Below, one piece after another: positions 11,601-26,500 of a stretch of DNA of 64,000 nt. The stretch covers positions 19,592,001 to 19,656,000 of the forward strand of contig OZ024744.1 of assembly GCA_964016885.1 (NCBI GenBank), in the 5' to 3' direction. Numbering within the stretch: position 1 is the stretch's first letter; every line of letters starts with the position of its first letter. Under the pieces are notes generated by a model. It saw only the letters and a program-made list of their open reading frames with translations, was not told the origin of the DNA and did not search any database. The position numbers and the translations under genes were made by a program. Source of the DNA: Eledone cirrhosa (Eukaryota).

Positions 11601-12680
11601 GTTTATAACCCTCGGAGAAATGGAAAAAGATGAGTGTTGCCATACCTGGGAGTCGAACCCACATCTCTGGTTATCCAGACCACTGTCCTACCATTAGACC
11701 AATACACATCCCATCTCCTTCCATTCGAATTAGAAGCTATGAACTTAGAAAGTGAATGATAAACAAGCAAATTATAAACGCAAACATGTAAGAATGTTTT
11801 TGAAACTGTGCGCTCGTTTGAAACTAGAAATTGGAAATTATAAGCTTTCACCGTATTTTAGACTAGAGAAATTTATAGCGTGATAGTGGGGATTATAACC
11901 CTCGGAGAAATGGAAAAAGATGAGTGTTGCCATACATGGGAGTCGAACCCACATCTCTGGTTATCCAGACCACTGTCCTACCATTAGACCAATACACATC
12001 CCATCTCCTTCCATTCGAATTAGAAGCTATGAACTTAGCAAGTGAATGATAAACAAGCTAATTATAAACGTAAACATGTAAGTATGTGTTTGAAACGGTG
12101 CGCTCGTTTGAAATTAGAAATTAGAAATTATAAGCTTTCACCGTATGTTAGACTAAAGATATTTATAGCTTGATAGTGGGGATTATAATCCTCGGAGAAA
12201 TGGAAAAAGATGAGTGTTGCCATACCTGGGAGTCGAACCCACATCTCTGGTTATCCAGACCACTGTCCTACCATTAGACCAATACACATCCCATCTCCTT
12301 CCATTCGAATTAGAAGCTATGAACTTAGCAAGTGAATGATAAACAAGCAAATTATAAACGTAAACATGTAAGTATGTTTTTGAAACGGTGCGCTCGTTTG
12401 AAATTAGAAATTAGAAATTATAAGCTTTCACCGTATTTTAGACTAAAGAAATGTATAGCTTGATAGTGGGGTTTATAACCCAAGGAGAAATGGAAAAAGA
12501 TGAGTGTTGCCATACCTGGGAGTCGAACCCACATATTTTGTTATCCAGACCATTGTGCTACCATTACACCAATACACATCCCATCTCCTTCCATTCGAAT
12601 TAGAAGCTATGAACTTAGCAAGTGAATGATAAACAAACAAATTATAAACGTAAACATGTAAGTATGTATTTGAAACGGTG
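8640..12680. repeat. Second copy of the left-hand block (offset 7542 from ~1100-3900; offset 5221 from ~3940-7460)
   Basis: agtgttcctatacatgggtg occurs at 1191 and 8733 (7542 = 26 monomers). ORF pairs 4641/9862, 5781/11002 and 6382/11603 are offset by 5221 (18 monomers). Confidence 0.85.
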
Positions 12681-13789
12681 CGCGAGTTTGAAATTAGAAA
12701 TTAGAAATTATAAGCTTTCACCGTATTTTAGACTAAAGAAATTTATAGCTTGATAGTGGGGATTATAACCCTCGGAGAAATGGAAAAAGATGAGTGTTGC
12801 CATACATGGGAGTCGAACCCACATCTTTGGTTATCCAGACCACTGTCCTACCATTAGACCAATACACATCCCATCTCCTTCCATTCGAATTAGAAGCTAT
12901 GAACTTAGCAAGTGAATGATAAACAAGCAAATTATAAACGTAAACATGTAAGTATGTATTTGAAACGGTGCGCTCGTTTGAAATTAGAAATTATATATTA
13001 TAAGCTTTCACCGTATTTTAGAATAAAGAAATTTATAGCTTGATAGTGGGGTTTATAACCCTCGGAGAAATGGAAAAAGATGAGTGTTGCCATACCTGGG
13101 AGTCGAACCCACATCTCTGGTTATCCAGACCACTGTCCTACCATTAGACCAATACACATCCCATCTCCTTCCATTCGAATTAGAAGCTATGAACTTAGAA
13201 AGTGAATGATAAACAAGCAAATTATAAACGCAAACATGTAAGTATGTTTTTGAAACTGTGCGCTCGTTTGAAACTAGAAATTGGAAATTATAAGCTTTCA
13301 CCGTATTTTAGACTAGAGAAATTTATAGCGTGATAGTGGGGATTATAACCCTCGGAGAAATGGAAAAAGATGAGTGTTGCCATACATGGGAGTCGAACCC
13401 ACATCTCTGGTTATCCAGACCACTGTCCTACCATTAGACCAATACACATCCCATCTCCTTCCATTCGAATTAGAAGCTATGAACTTAGCAAGTGAATGAT
13501 AAACAAGCAAATTATAAACGTAAACATGTAAGTATGTTTTTGAAACGGTGCGCTCGTTTGAAATTAGAAATTAGAAATTATAAGCTTTCACCGTATTTTA
13601 GACTAAAGAAATGTATAGCTTGATAGTGGGGTTTATAACCCAAGGAGAAATGGAAAAAGATGAGTGTTGCCATACCTGGGAGTCGAACCCACATATTTTG
13701 TTATCCAGACCATTGTGCTACCATTACACCAATACACATCCCATCTCCTTCCATTCGAATTAGAAGCTATGAACTTAGCAAGTGAATGA

Positions 13790-16700
13790 TAAACAAACAA
13801 ATTATAAACGTAAACATGTAAGTATGTATTTGAAACGGTGCGCTCGTTTGAAATTAGAAATTATAAATTATAAGCTTTCACCGTATTTTAGAATAAAGAA
13901 ATTTATAGGTTGATAGTGGGGTTTATAACCCTCGGAGAAATGGAAAAAATATGAGTGTTGCCATACATGGGAGTCGAACCCACATATTTGGTTATCCAGA
14001 CCACTGTGCTACCATTACACCAATACACGTCCCATCTCCTTCCATTCGAATTAGAAGCTATGAACTTAGCAAGTGAATGATAAACAAGCACATTATAAAC
14101 GTAAACATGTAAGTATGTTTTTGAAACGGTGCGCGAGTCTGAAATTAGAAATTAGAAATTATAAGCTTTCACCGTATTTTAGACTAAAGAAATTTATAGC
14201 TTGATAGTGGGGATTATAACCCTCGGAGAAATGGAAAAAGATGAGTGTTGCCATACATGGGAGTCGAACCCACATCTTTGGTTATCCAGACCACTGTCCT
14301 ACCATTAGACCAATACACATCCCATCTCCTTCCATTCGAATTAGAAACTATGAACTTAGCAAGTGAATGATAAACAAGCAAATTATAAACGTAAACATGT
14401 AAGTATGTATTTGAAACGGTGCGCTCGTTTGAAATTAGAAATTATATATTATAAGCTTTCACCGTATTTTAGAATAAAGAAATTTATAGCTTGATAGTGG
14501 GGTTTATAACCCTCGGAGAAATGGAAAAAGATGAGTGTTGCCATACCTGGGAGTCGAACCCACATCTCTGGTTATCCAGACCACTGTCCTACCATTAGAC
14601 CAATACACATCCCATCTCCTTCCATTCGAATTAGAAGCTATGAACTTAGCAAGTGAATGATAAACAAGCAAATTATAAACGTAAACATGTAAGTATGTTT
14701 TTGAAACGGTGCGCTCGTTTGAAATTAGAAATTAGAAATTATAAGCTTTCACCGGATTTTAGACTAAAGAAATGTATAGCTTGATAGTGGGGTTTATAAC
14801 CCAAGGAGAAATGGAAAAAGATGAGTGTTGCCATACCTGGGAGTCGAACCCACATATATTGTTATCCAGACCATTGTGCTACCATTACACCAATACACAT
14901 CCCATCTCCTTCCATTCGAATTAGAAGCTATGAACTTAGCAAGTGAATGATAAACAAACAAATTATAAACGTAAACATGTAAGTATGTATTTGAAACGGT
15001 GCGCTCGTTTGAAATTAGAAATTAGAAATTATAAGCTTTCACCGTATTTTAGAATAAAGAAATTTATAGCTTGATAGTGGGGTTTATAACCCTCGGAGAA
15101 ATGGAAAAAAGATGAGTGTTGCCATACATGGGAGTCGAACCCACATATTTGGTTATCCAGACCACTGTGCTACCATTACACCAATACACGTCCCATCTCC
15201 TTCCATTCGAATTAGAAGCTATGAACTTTGCAAGTGAATGATAAACAAGCAAATTATAAACGCAAACATGTAAGTATGTTTTTGAAACGGTGCGCTCGTT
15301 TGAAACTAGAAATTAGAAATTATAAGCTTTCACCGTATTTTAGACTAAAGAAATTTATAGCGTGATAGTGGGGATTATAACCCTCGGAGAAATGGAAAAA
15401 GATGAGTGTTCCTATACATGGGTGTCGAACCCACATCTTTGGTTATCCAGACCACTGTCCTACCATTAGACCAATACACATCCCATCTCCTACCATTCGA
15501 ATTAGAAGCTATGAACTTAGCAAGTGAATGATAAACAAACAAATTATAAACGTAAACATGTAAGTATGTATTTGAAACGGTGCGCTCGTTTGAAATTAGA
15601 AATTATAAATTATAAGCTTTCACCGTATTTTAGAATAAAGAAATTTATAGGTTGATAGTGGGGTTTATAACCCTCGGAGAAATGGAAAAAATATGAGTGT
15701 TGCCATACATGGGAGTCGAACCCACATATTTGGTTATCCAGACCACTGTGCTACCATTACACCAATACACGTCCCATCTCCTTCCATTCGAATTAGAAGC
15801 TATGAACTTAGCAAGTGAATGATAAACAAGCACATTATAAACGTAAACATGTAAGTATGTTTTTGAAACGGTGCGCGAGTTTGAAATTAGAAATTAGAAA
15901 TTATAAGCTTTCACCGTATTTTAGACTAAAGAAATTTATAGCTTGATAGTGGGGATTATAACCCTCGGAGAAATGGAAAAAGATGAGTGTTGCCATACAT
16001 GGGAGTCGAACCCACATCTTTGGTTATCCAGACCACTGTCCTACCATTAGACCAATACACATCCCATCTCCTTCCATTCGAATTAGAAACTATGAACTTA
16101 GCAAGTGAATGATAAACAAGCAAATTATAAACGTAAACATGTAAGTATGTATTTGAAACGGTGCGCTCGTTTGAAATTAGAAATTATATATTATAAGCTT
16201 TCACCGTATTTTAGAATAAAGAAATTTATAGCTTGATAGTGGGGTTTATAACCCTCGGAGAAATGGAAAAAGATGAGTGTTGCCATACCTGGGAGTCGAA
16301 CCCACATCTCTGGTTATCCAGACCACTGTCCTACCATTAGACCAATACACATCCCATCTCCTTCCATTCGAATTAGAAGCTATGAACTTAGCAAGTGAAT
16401 GATAAACAAGCAAATTATAAACGTAAACATGTAAGTATGTTTTTGAAACGGTGCGCTCGTTTGAAATTAGAAATTAGAAATTATAAGCTTTCACCGGATT
16501 TTAGACTAAAGAAATGTATAGCTTGATAGTGGGGTTTATAACCCAAGGAGAAATGGAAAAAGATGAGTGTTGCCATACCTGGGAGTCGAACCCACATATA
16601 TTGTTATCCAGACCATTGTGCTACCATTACACCAATACACATCCCATCTCCTTCCATTCGAATTAGAAGCTATGAACTTAGCAAGTGAATGATAAACAAA

Positions 16701-17275
16701 CAAATTATAAACGTAAACATGTAAGTATGTATTTGAAACGGTGCGCTCGTTTGAAATTAGAAATTAGAAATTATAAGCTTTCACCGTATTTTAGAATAAA
16801 GAAATTTATAGCTTGATAGTGGGGTTTATAACCCTCGGAGAAATGGAAAAAAGATGAGTGTTGCCATACATGGGAGTCGAACCCACATATTTGGTTATCC
16901 AGACCACTGTGCTACCATTACACCAATACACGTCCCATCTCCTTCCATTCGAATTAGAAGCTATGAACTTTGCAAGTGAATGATAAACAAGCAAATTATA
17001 AACGCAAACATGTAAGTATGTTTTTGAAACGGTGCGCTCGTTTGAAACTAGAAATTAGAAATTATAAGCTTTCACCGTATTTTAGACTAAAGAAATTTAT
17101 AGCGTGATAGTGGGGATTATAACCCTCGGAGAAATGGAAAAAGATGAGTGTTCCTATACATGGGTGTCGAACCCACATCTTTGGTTATCCAGACCACTGT
17201 CCTACCATTAGACCAATACACATCCCATCTCCTACCATTCGAATTAGAAGCTATGAACTTAGCAAGTGAATGATA
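13790..17275. repeat. Higher-order repeat: 6-monomer unit (1742 bp), two tandem copies; ~14990-18200 recurs at offset 4935 (17 monomers)
   Basis: ORF pairs 13903/15645 and 15064/16806 are offset by 1742. Pairs 15064/19999, 15645/20580 and 16806/21741 are offset by 4935. The marker tcaccttatt occurs at 17941 and 22876. Confidence 0.85.
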
Positions 17276-20200
17276 AACAAGCTAATTATAAACGTAAACA
17301 TGTAAGTATGTGTTTGAAACGGTGCGCGAGTTTGAAATTAGAAATTAGAAATTATAACTTTCACAGTATTTTAGACTAAAGAAATTTATAGTTTGATAGT
17401 GGGGATTATAACCCTCGGAGAAATGGAAAAAGATGAGTGTTGCCATACATGGGAGTCGAACCCACATCTTTGGCTATCCAGACCACTGTCCTACCATTAG
17501 ACCAATACACATCCCATCTCCTTCCATTCGAATTAGAAGCTATGAACTTAGCAAGTGAATGATAAACTAGCAAATTATAAACGTAAACATGTAAGTATGT
17601 TTTTGAAACGGTGCGCTCGTTTGAAATTAGAAATTAGAAATTATAAGCTGTCACCGTATGTTAGAATAAAGATATTTATAGCTTGATAGTGGGGATTATA
17701 ATCCTCGGAGAAATGGAAAAAGATGAGTGTTGCCATACCTGGGAGTCGAACACACATCTTTGGTTATCCAGACCACTGTGCTAACATTACACGAATACAC
17801 ATCCCATCTCCTTCCATTCGAATTAGAAGCTATGAACTTAGCAAGTGAATGATAAACGAGCAAATTATAAACGTAAACATGTTAGTATGTTTTTGAAACG
17901 GTGCTCGAGTTTGAAATTAGAAATTAGAAATTATAAGCTTTCACCTTATTTTAGACTAAAGAAATGTATAGCTTGATAGTGGGGTTTATAACCCTAGGAG
18001 AAATGGAAAAAGATGAGTGTTGCCATACCTGGGAGTCGAACCCACATCTCTGGTTATCCAGACCACTGTCCTACCATTAGAGCAATACACATCCCATCTC
18101 CTTCCATTCGAATTAGAAGCTATGAACTTAGCAAGCGAATGATAAACAAGCAAATTATAAACGTAAACATGTAAGTATGTTTTTGAAACGGTGCGCTCGT
18201 TTGAAATTAGAAATTAGAAATTATAAGCTTTCACCGGATTTTAGACTAAAGAAATGTATAGCTTGATAGTGGGGTTTATAACCCAAGGAGAAATGGAAAA
18301 AGATGAGTGTTGCCATACCTGGGAGTCGAACCCACATATTTTGTTATCCAGACCATTGTGCTACCATTACACCAATACACATCCCATCTCCTTCCATTCG
18401 AATTAGAAGCTATGAACTTAGCAAGTGAATGATAAACAAACAAATTATAAACGTAAACATGTAAGTATGTATTTGAAACGGTGCGCTCGTTTGAAATTAG
18501 AAATTAGAAATTATAAGCTTTCACCGTATTTTAGAATAAAGAAATTTATAGCTTGATAGTGGGGTTTATAACCCTCGGAGAAATGGAAAAAAGATGAGTG
18601 TTGCCATACATGGGAGTCGAACCCACATAGTTGGTTATCCAGACCACTGTGCTACCATTACACCAATACACGTCCCATCTCCTTCCATTCGAATTAGAAG
18701 CTATGAACTTAGCAAGTGAATGATAAACAAGCACATTATAAACGTAAACATGTAAGTATGTTTTTGAAACGGTGCGCTCGTTTGAAATTAGAAATTAGAA
18801 ATTATAAGCTTTCACCGGATTTTAGACTAAAGAAATGTATAGCTTGATAGTGGGGTTTATAACCCAAGGAGAAATAGAAAAATATGAGTGTTGCCATACC
18901 TGGGAGTCGAACCCACATATTTTGTTATCCAGACCATTGTGCTACCATTACACCAATACACATCCCATCTCCTTCCATTCGAATTAGAAGCTATGAACTT
19001 AGCAAGTGAATGATAAACAAGCAAATCATAAACGTAAACATGTAAGTATGTATTTGAAACGGTGCGCTCGTTTGAAATTAAAAATTAGAAATTATTAGCT
19101 CTCACCGTATTTTAGAATAAAGAAATTTATAGCTTGATAGTGGGGTTTATAACCCTCGGAGAAATGGAAAGAAGATGAGTGTTGCCATACATGGGAGTCG
19201 AACCCACATATTTGGTTATCCAGACCACTGTGCTACCATTACACCAATACACATCCCATCTTCTTCCATTCGAATTAGAAGCTATGAACTTAGCAAGTGA
19301 ATGATAAACAAGCAAATTATAAACGTAAACATGTAAGTATGTTTTTGAAACGGTGCGCGAGTTTGAAATTAGAAATTAGAAATTATAAGCTTTCACCGGA
19401 TTTTAGACTAAAGAAATGTATAGCTTGATAGTGGGGTTTATAACCCTAGGAGAAATGGAAAAAGATGAGTGTTGCCATACCTGGGAGTCGAACCCACATC
19501 TTTGGTTATCCAGACCACTGTCCTACCATTAGACCAATACACATCCCATCTCCTTCCATTCGAATTAGAAGCTATGAACTTAGCAAGTGAATGATAAACA
19601 AACAAATTATAAACGTAAACATGTAAGTATGTATTTAAAACGGTGCGCTCGTTTGAAATTAGAAATTAGAAATTATAAGCTTTCACCGTATTTTAGAATA
19701 AAGAAATTTATAGCTTGATAGTGGGGTTTATAACCCTCGGAGAAATGGAAAAAAGATGAGTGTTGCCATACATGGGAGTTGAACCCATATATTTGGTTAT
19801 CCAGACCACTGTGCTACCATTACACCAATACACGTCCCATCTCCTTCCATTCGAATTAGAAGCTATGAACTTAGCAAGTGAATGATAAACAAGCAAATTA
19901 TAAACGCAAACATGTAAGTATGTATTTGAAACGGTGCGCTCGTTTGAAATTAGAAATTAGAAATTATAAGCTTTCACCGTATTTTAGAATAAAGAAATTT
20001 ATAGCTTGATAGTGGGGTTTATAACCCTCGGAGAAATGGAAAAAAGATGAGTGTTGCCATACATGGGAGTCGAACCCACATATTTGGTTATCCAGACCAC
20101 TGTGCTACCATTACACCAATACACGTCCCATCTCCTTCCATTCGAATTAGAAGCTATGAACTTTGCAAGTGAATGATAAACAAGCAAATTATAAACGCAA

Positions 20201-20589
20201 ACATGTAAGTATGTTTTTGAAACGGTGCGCTCGTTTGAAACTAGAAATTAGAAATTATAAGCTTTCACCGTATTTTAGACTAAAGAAATTTATAGCGTGA
20301 TAGTGGGGATTATAACCCTCGGAGAAATGGAAAAAGATGAGTGTTCCTATACATGGGTGTCGAACCCACATCTTTGGTTATCCAGACCACTGTCCTACCA
20401 TTAGACCAATACACATCCCATCTCCTACCATTCGAATTAGAAGCTATGAACTTAGCAAGTGAATGATAAACAAACAAATTATAAACGTAAACATGTAAGT
20501 ATGTATTTGAAACGGTGCGCTCGTTTGAAATTAGAAATTATAAATTATAAGCTTTCACCGTATTTTAGAATAAAGAAATTTATAGGTTG

Positions 20590-23500
20590 ATAGTGGGGTT
20601 TATAACCCTCGGAGAAATGGAAAAAATATGAGTGTTGCCATACATGGGAGTCGAACCCACATATTTGGTTATCCAGACCACTGTGCTACCATTACACCAA
20701 TACACGTCCCATCTCCTTCCATTCGAATTAGAAGCTATGAACTTAGCAAGTGAATGATAAACAAGCACATTATAAACGTAAACATGTAAGTATGTTTTTG
20801 AAACGGTGCGCGAGTTTGAAATTAGAAATTAGAAATTATAAGCTTTCACCGTATTTTAGACTAAAGAAATTTATAGCTTGATAGTGGGGATTATAACCCT
20901 CGGAGATATGGAAAAAGATGAGTGTTGCCATACATGGGAGTCGAACCCACATCTTTGGTTATCCAGACCACTGTCCTACCATTAGACCAATACACATCCC
21001 ATCTCCTTCCATTCGAATTAGAAACTATGAACTTAGCAAGTGAATGATAAACAAGCAAATTATAAACGTAAACATGTAAGTATGTATTTGAAACGGTGCG
21101 CTCGTTTGAAATTAGAAATTATATATTATAAGCTTTCACCGTATTTTAGAATAAAGAAATTTATAGCTTGATAGTGGGGTTTATAACCCTCGGAGAAATG
21201 GAAAAAGATGAGTGTTGCCATACCTGGGAGTCGAACCCACATCTCTGGTTATCCAGACCACTGTCCTACCATTAGACCAATACACATCCCATCTCCTTCC
21301 ATTCGAATTAGAAGCTATGAACTTAGCAAGTGAATGATAAACAAGCAAATTATAAACGTAAACATGTAAGTATGTTTTTGAAACGGTGCGCTCGTTTGAA
21401 ATTAGAAATTAGAAATTATAAGCTTTCACCGGATTTTAGACTAAAGAAATGTATAGCTTGATAGTGGGGTTTATAACCCAAGGAGAAATGGAAAAAGATG
21501 AGTGTTGCCATACCTGGGAGTCGAACCCACATATATTGTTATCCAGACCATTGTGCTACCATTACACCAATACACATCCCATCTCCTTCCATTCGAATTA
21601 GAAGCTATGAACTTAGCAAGTGAATGATAAACAAACAAATTATAAACGTAAACATGTAAGTATGTATTTGAAACGGTGCGCTCGTTTGAAATTAGAAATT
21701 AGAAATTATAAGCTTTCACCGTATTTTAGAATAAAGAAATTTATAGCTTGATAGTGGGGTTTATAACCCTCGGAGAAATGGAAAAAAGATGAGTGTTGCC
21801 ATACATGGGAGTCCAACCCACATATTTGGTTATCCAGACCACTGTGCTACCATTACACCAATACACGTCCCATCTCCTTCCATTCGAATTAGAAGCTATG
21901 AACTTTGCAAGTGAATGATAAACAAGCAAATTATAAACGCAAACATGTAAGTATGTTTTTGAAACGGTGCGCTCGTTTGAAACTAGAAATTAGAAATTAT
22001 AAGCTTTCACCGTATTTTAGACTAAAGAAATTTATAGCGTGATAGTGGGGATTATAACCCTCGGAGAAATGGAAAAAGATGAGTGTTCCTATACATGGGT
22101 GTCGAACCCACATCTTTGGTTATCCAGACCACTGTCCTACCATTAGACCAATACACATCCCATCTCCTACCATTCGAATTAGAAGCTATGAACTTAGCAA
22201 GTGAATGATAAACAAGCTAATTATAAACGTAAACATGTAAGTATGTGTTTGAAACGGTGCGCGAGTTTGAAATTAGAAATTAGAAATTATAACTTTCACA
22301 GTATTTTAGACTAAAGAAATTTATAGTTTGATAGTGGGGATTATAACCCTCGGAGAAATGGAAAAAGATGAGTGTTGCCATACATGGGAGTCGAACCCAC
22401 ATCTTTGGCTATCCAGACCACTGTCCTACCATTAGACCAATACACATCCCATCTCCTTCCATTCGAATTAGAAGCTATGAACTTAGCAAGTGAATGATAA
22501 ACTAGCAAATTATAAACGTAAACATGTAAGTATGTTTTTGAAACGGTGCGCTCGTTTGAAATTAGAAATTACAAATTATAAGCTGTCACCGTATGTTAGA
22601 CTAAAGATATTTATAGCTTGATAGTGGGGATTATAATCCTCGGAGAAATGGAAAAAGATGAGTGTTGCCATACCTGGGAGTCGAACACACATCTTTGGTT
22701 ATCCAGACCACTGTGCTAACATTACACGAATACACATCCCATCTCCTTCCATTCGAATTAGAAGCTATGAACTTAGCAAGTGAATGATAAACGAGCAAAT
22801 TATAAACGTAAACATGTTAGTATGTTTTTGAAACGGTGCTCGAGTTTGAAATTAGAAATTAGAAATTATAAGCTTTCACCTTATTTTAGACTAAAGAAAT
22901 GTATAGCTTGATAGTGGGGTTTATAACCCTAGGAGAAATGGAAAAAGATGAGTGTTGCCATACCTGGGAGTCGAACCCACATCTCTGGTTATCCAGACCA
23001 CTGTCCTACCATTAGAGCAATACACATCCCATCTCCTTCCATTCGAATTAGAAGCTATGAACTTAGCAAGCGAATGATAAACAAGCAAATTATAAACGTA
23101 AACATGTAAGTATGTTTTTGAAACGGTGCGCTCGTTTGAAACTAGAAATTAGAAATTATAAGCTTTCACCGTATTTTAGACTGAAGAAATTTATAGCGTG
23201 ATAGTGGGGATTATAACCCTCGGAGAAATGGAAAAAGATGAGTGTTGCCATACATGGGAGTCGAACCCACATATTTGGTTATCCAGACCACTGTGCTACC
23301 ATTACACCAATACACATCCCATCTCCTTCCATTCGAATTAGAAACTATGAACTTAGCAAGTGAATGATAAACAAGCACATTATAAACGTAAACATGTAAG
23401 TATGTTTTTGAAACGGTGCGCTCGTTTGAAACTAGAAATTAGAAATTATAAGCTTTCACCGTATTTTAGACTAAAGAAATGTATAGCTTGATAGTGGGGA

Positions 23501-26500
23501 TTATAACCCTCGGAGAAATTGAAAAAGATGAGTGTTGCCATACATGGGAGTCGAACCCACATATATTGTTATCCAGACCACTGTCCTACCATTAGACCAA
23601 TACACATCCCATCTCCTTCCATTCGAATTAGAAGCTATGAACTGAGCAAGTGAATGATAGACAAGCAAATTATAAACGTAAACATGTAAGTATCTTTTTG
23701 AAACGGTGCACGAGTTTGAAATTATAAGCTTTCACCGTATTTTAGACTAAAGAAATGTATAGCTTGATAGTGGGGTTTATAACCCTAGGAGAAATGGAAA
23801 AAGATGAGTGTTGCCATACCTGGGAGTCGAACCCACATCTTTGGTTATCCAGACCACTGTCCTACCATTAGACCAATACACATCCCATCTCCTTCCATTC
23901 GAATTAGAAGCTATGAACTTAGCAAGTGAATGATAAACAAGCAAATTATAAACGTAAACATGTAAGTATGTTTTTGAAACGGTGCGCTCGTTTGAAATTA
24001 GAAATTAGAAATTATAAGCTTTCACCGTATGTTAGACTAAAGATATTTATAGCTTGATAGTTGGGTTTATAACCCTCGGAGAAATGGAAAAAGATGAGTG
24101 TTACCATACATGGGAGTCGAACCCACATATTTGGTTATCCAGACCACTGTGCTACCATTACACTAATACACATCCCATTCCCTTCCATTCGAAATAGAAG
24201 CTACGAACTTAGCAAGTGAATGATAAAGAAGCAAATTATGAACGTAAACATGTAAGTATGTTTTTGAAACGGTGCACGAGTTTGAAATTATAAGCTTTCA
24301 CCGTATTTTAGACTAAAGAAATGTATAGCTTGATAGTGGGGTTTATAACCCTAGGAGAAATGGAAAAAGATGAGTGTTGCCATACCTGGGAGTCGAACCC
24401 ACATCTCTGGTTATCCAGACCACTGTCCTACCATAAGACCAATACACATCCCATCTCCTTCCATTCGAATTAGAAGCTATGAACTTAGCAAGTGAATGAT
24501 AAACAAGCAAATTATAAACGTAAACATGTAAGTATGTTTTTGAAAATGTGCGCTCGTTTGAAATTAGAAATTAGAAATTATAAGCTTTCACCGGATTTTA
24601 GACTAAAGAAATGTATAGCTTGATAGTGGGGTTTATAACCCAAGGAGAAATGGAAAAAGGTGAGTGTTGCCATACCTGGGAGTCGAACCCACATATTTTG
24701 TTATCCAGACCATTGTGCTACCATTACACCAATACACATCCCATCTCCTTCCATTCGAATTAGAAGCTATGAAACTAGCAAGTGAATGATAAACAAACAA
24801 ATTATAAACGTAAACATGTAAGTATGTATTTGAAACGGTGCGCTCGTTTGAAATTAGAAATTAGAAATTATAAGCTTTCACCGTATTTTAGAATAAAGAA
24901 ATTTATAGCTTGATAGTGGGGTTTATAACCCTCGGAGAAATGGAAAAAAGATGAGTGTTGCCATACATGGGAGTCGAACCCACATATTTGGTTATCCAGA
25001 CCACTGTGCTACCATTACACCAATACACGTCCCATCTCCTTCCATTCGAATTAGAAGCTATGAACTTAGAAAGTGATTGTTAAACAAGCAATTTATAAAC
25101 GCAAACATGTAAGTATGTTTTTGAAACTGTGCGCTCGTTTGAAACTAGAAATTGGAAATTATAAGCTTTCACCGTATTTTAGACTAAAGAAATTTATAGC
25201 GTGATAGTGGGGATTATAACCCTCGGAGAAATGGAAAAAGATGAGTGTTGCCAAACATGGGAGTCGAACCCACATCTTTGGTTATCCAGACCACTGTCCT
25301 ACCATTAGACCAATACACATCCCATCTCCTTCCATTCGAATTAGAAGCTATGAACTTAGCAAGTGAATGATAAACAAGCAAATTATAAACGTAAACATGT
25401 AAGTATGTTTTTGAAACGGTGCGCTCGTTTGAAATTAGAAATTAGAAATTATAAGCTTTCACCGTATGTTAGACTAAAGATATTTATAGCTTGATAGTGG
25501 GGATTATAATCCTCGGAGAAATGGAAAAAGATGAGTGTTGCCATACCTGGGAGTCGAACCCACATCTCTGGTTATCCAGACCACTGTCCTACCATTAGAC
25601 CAATACACATCCCATCTCCTTCCATTCGAATTAGAAGCTATGAACTTAGCAAGTGAATGATAAACAAGCAAATTATAAACGTAAACATGTAAGTATGTTT
25701 TTGAAACGGTGCGCTCGTTTGAAATTAGAAATTAGAAATTATAAGCTTTCACCGGATTTTAGACTAAAGAAATGTATAGCTTGATAGTGGGGTTTATAAC
25801 CCAAGGAGAAATGGAAAAAGATGAGTGTTGCCATACCTGGGTGTCGAACCCACATATTTTGTTATCCAGACCATTGTGCTACCATTACACCAATACACAT
25901 CCCATCTCCTTCCATTCGAATTAGAAGCTATGAACTTAGCAAGTGAATGATAAACAAACAAATTATAAACGTAAACATGTAAGTATGTATTTGAAACGGT
26001 GCGCTCGTTTGAAATTAGAAATTATATATTATAAGCTTTCACCGTATTTTAGAATAAAGAAATTTATAGCTTGATAGTGGGGTTTATAACCCTCGGAGAA
26101 ATGGAAAAAATATGAGTGTTGCCATACATGGGAGTCGAACCCACATATTTGGTTATCCAGACCACTGTGCTACCATTACACCAATACACGTCCCATCTCC
26201 TTCCATTCGAATTAGAAGCTATGAACTTAGCAAGTGAATGATAAACAAGCACATTATAAACGTAAACATGTAAGTATGTATTTGAAACGGTGCGCTCGTT
26301 TGAAATTAGAAATTAGAAATTATAAGCTTTCACCGTATTTTAGAATAAAGAAATTTATAGCTTGATAGTGGGGTTTATAACCCTCGGAGAAATGGAAAAA
26401 AGATGAGTGTTGCCATACATGGGAGTCGAACCCACATATTTGGTTATCCAGACCACTGTGCTACCATTACACCAATACACTCCCATCTCCTTCCATTCGA

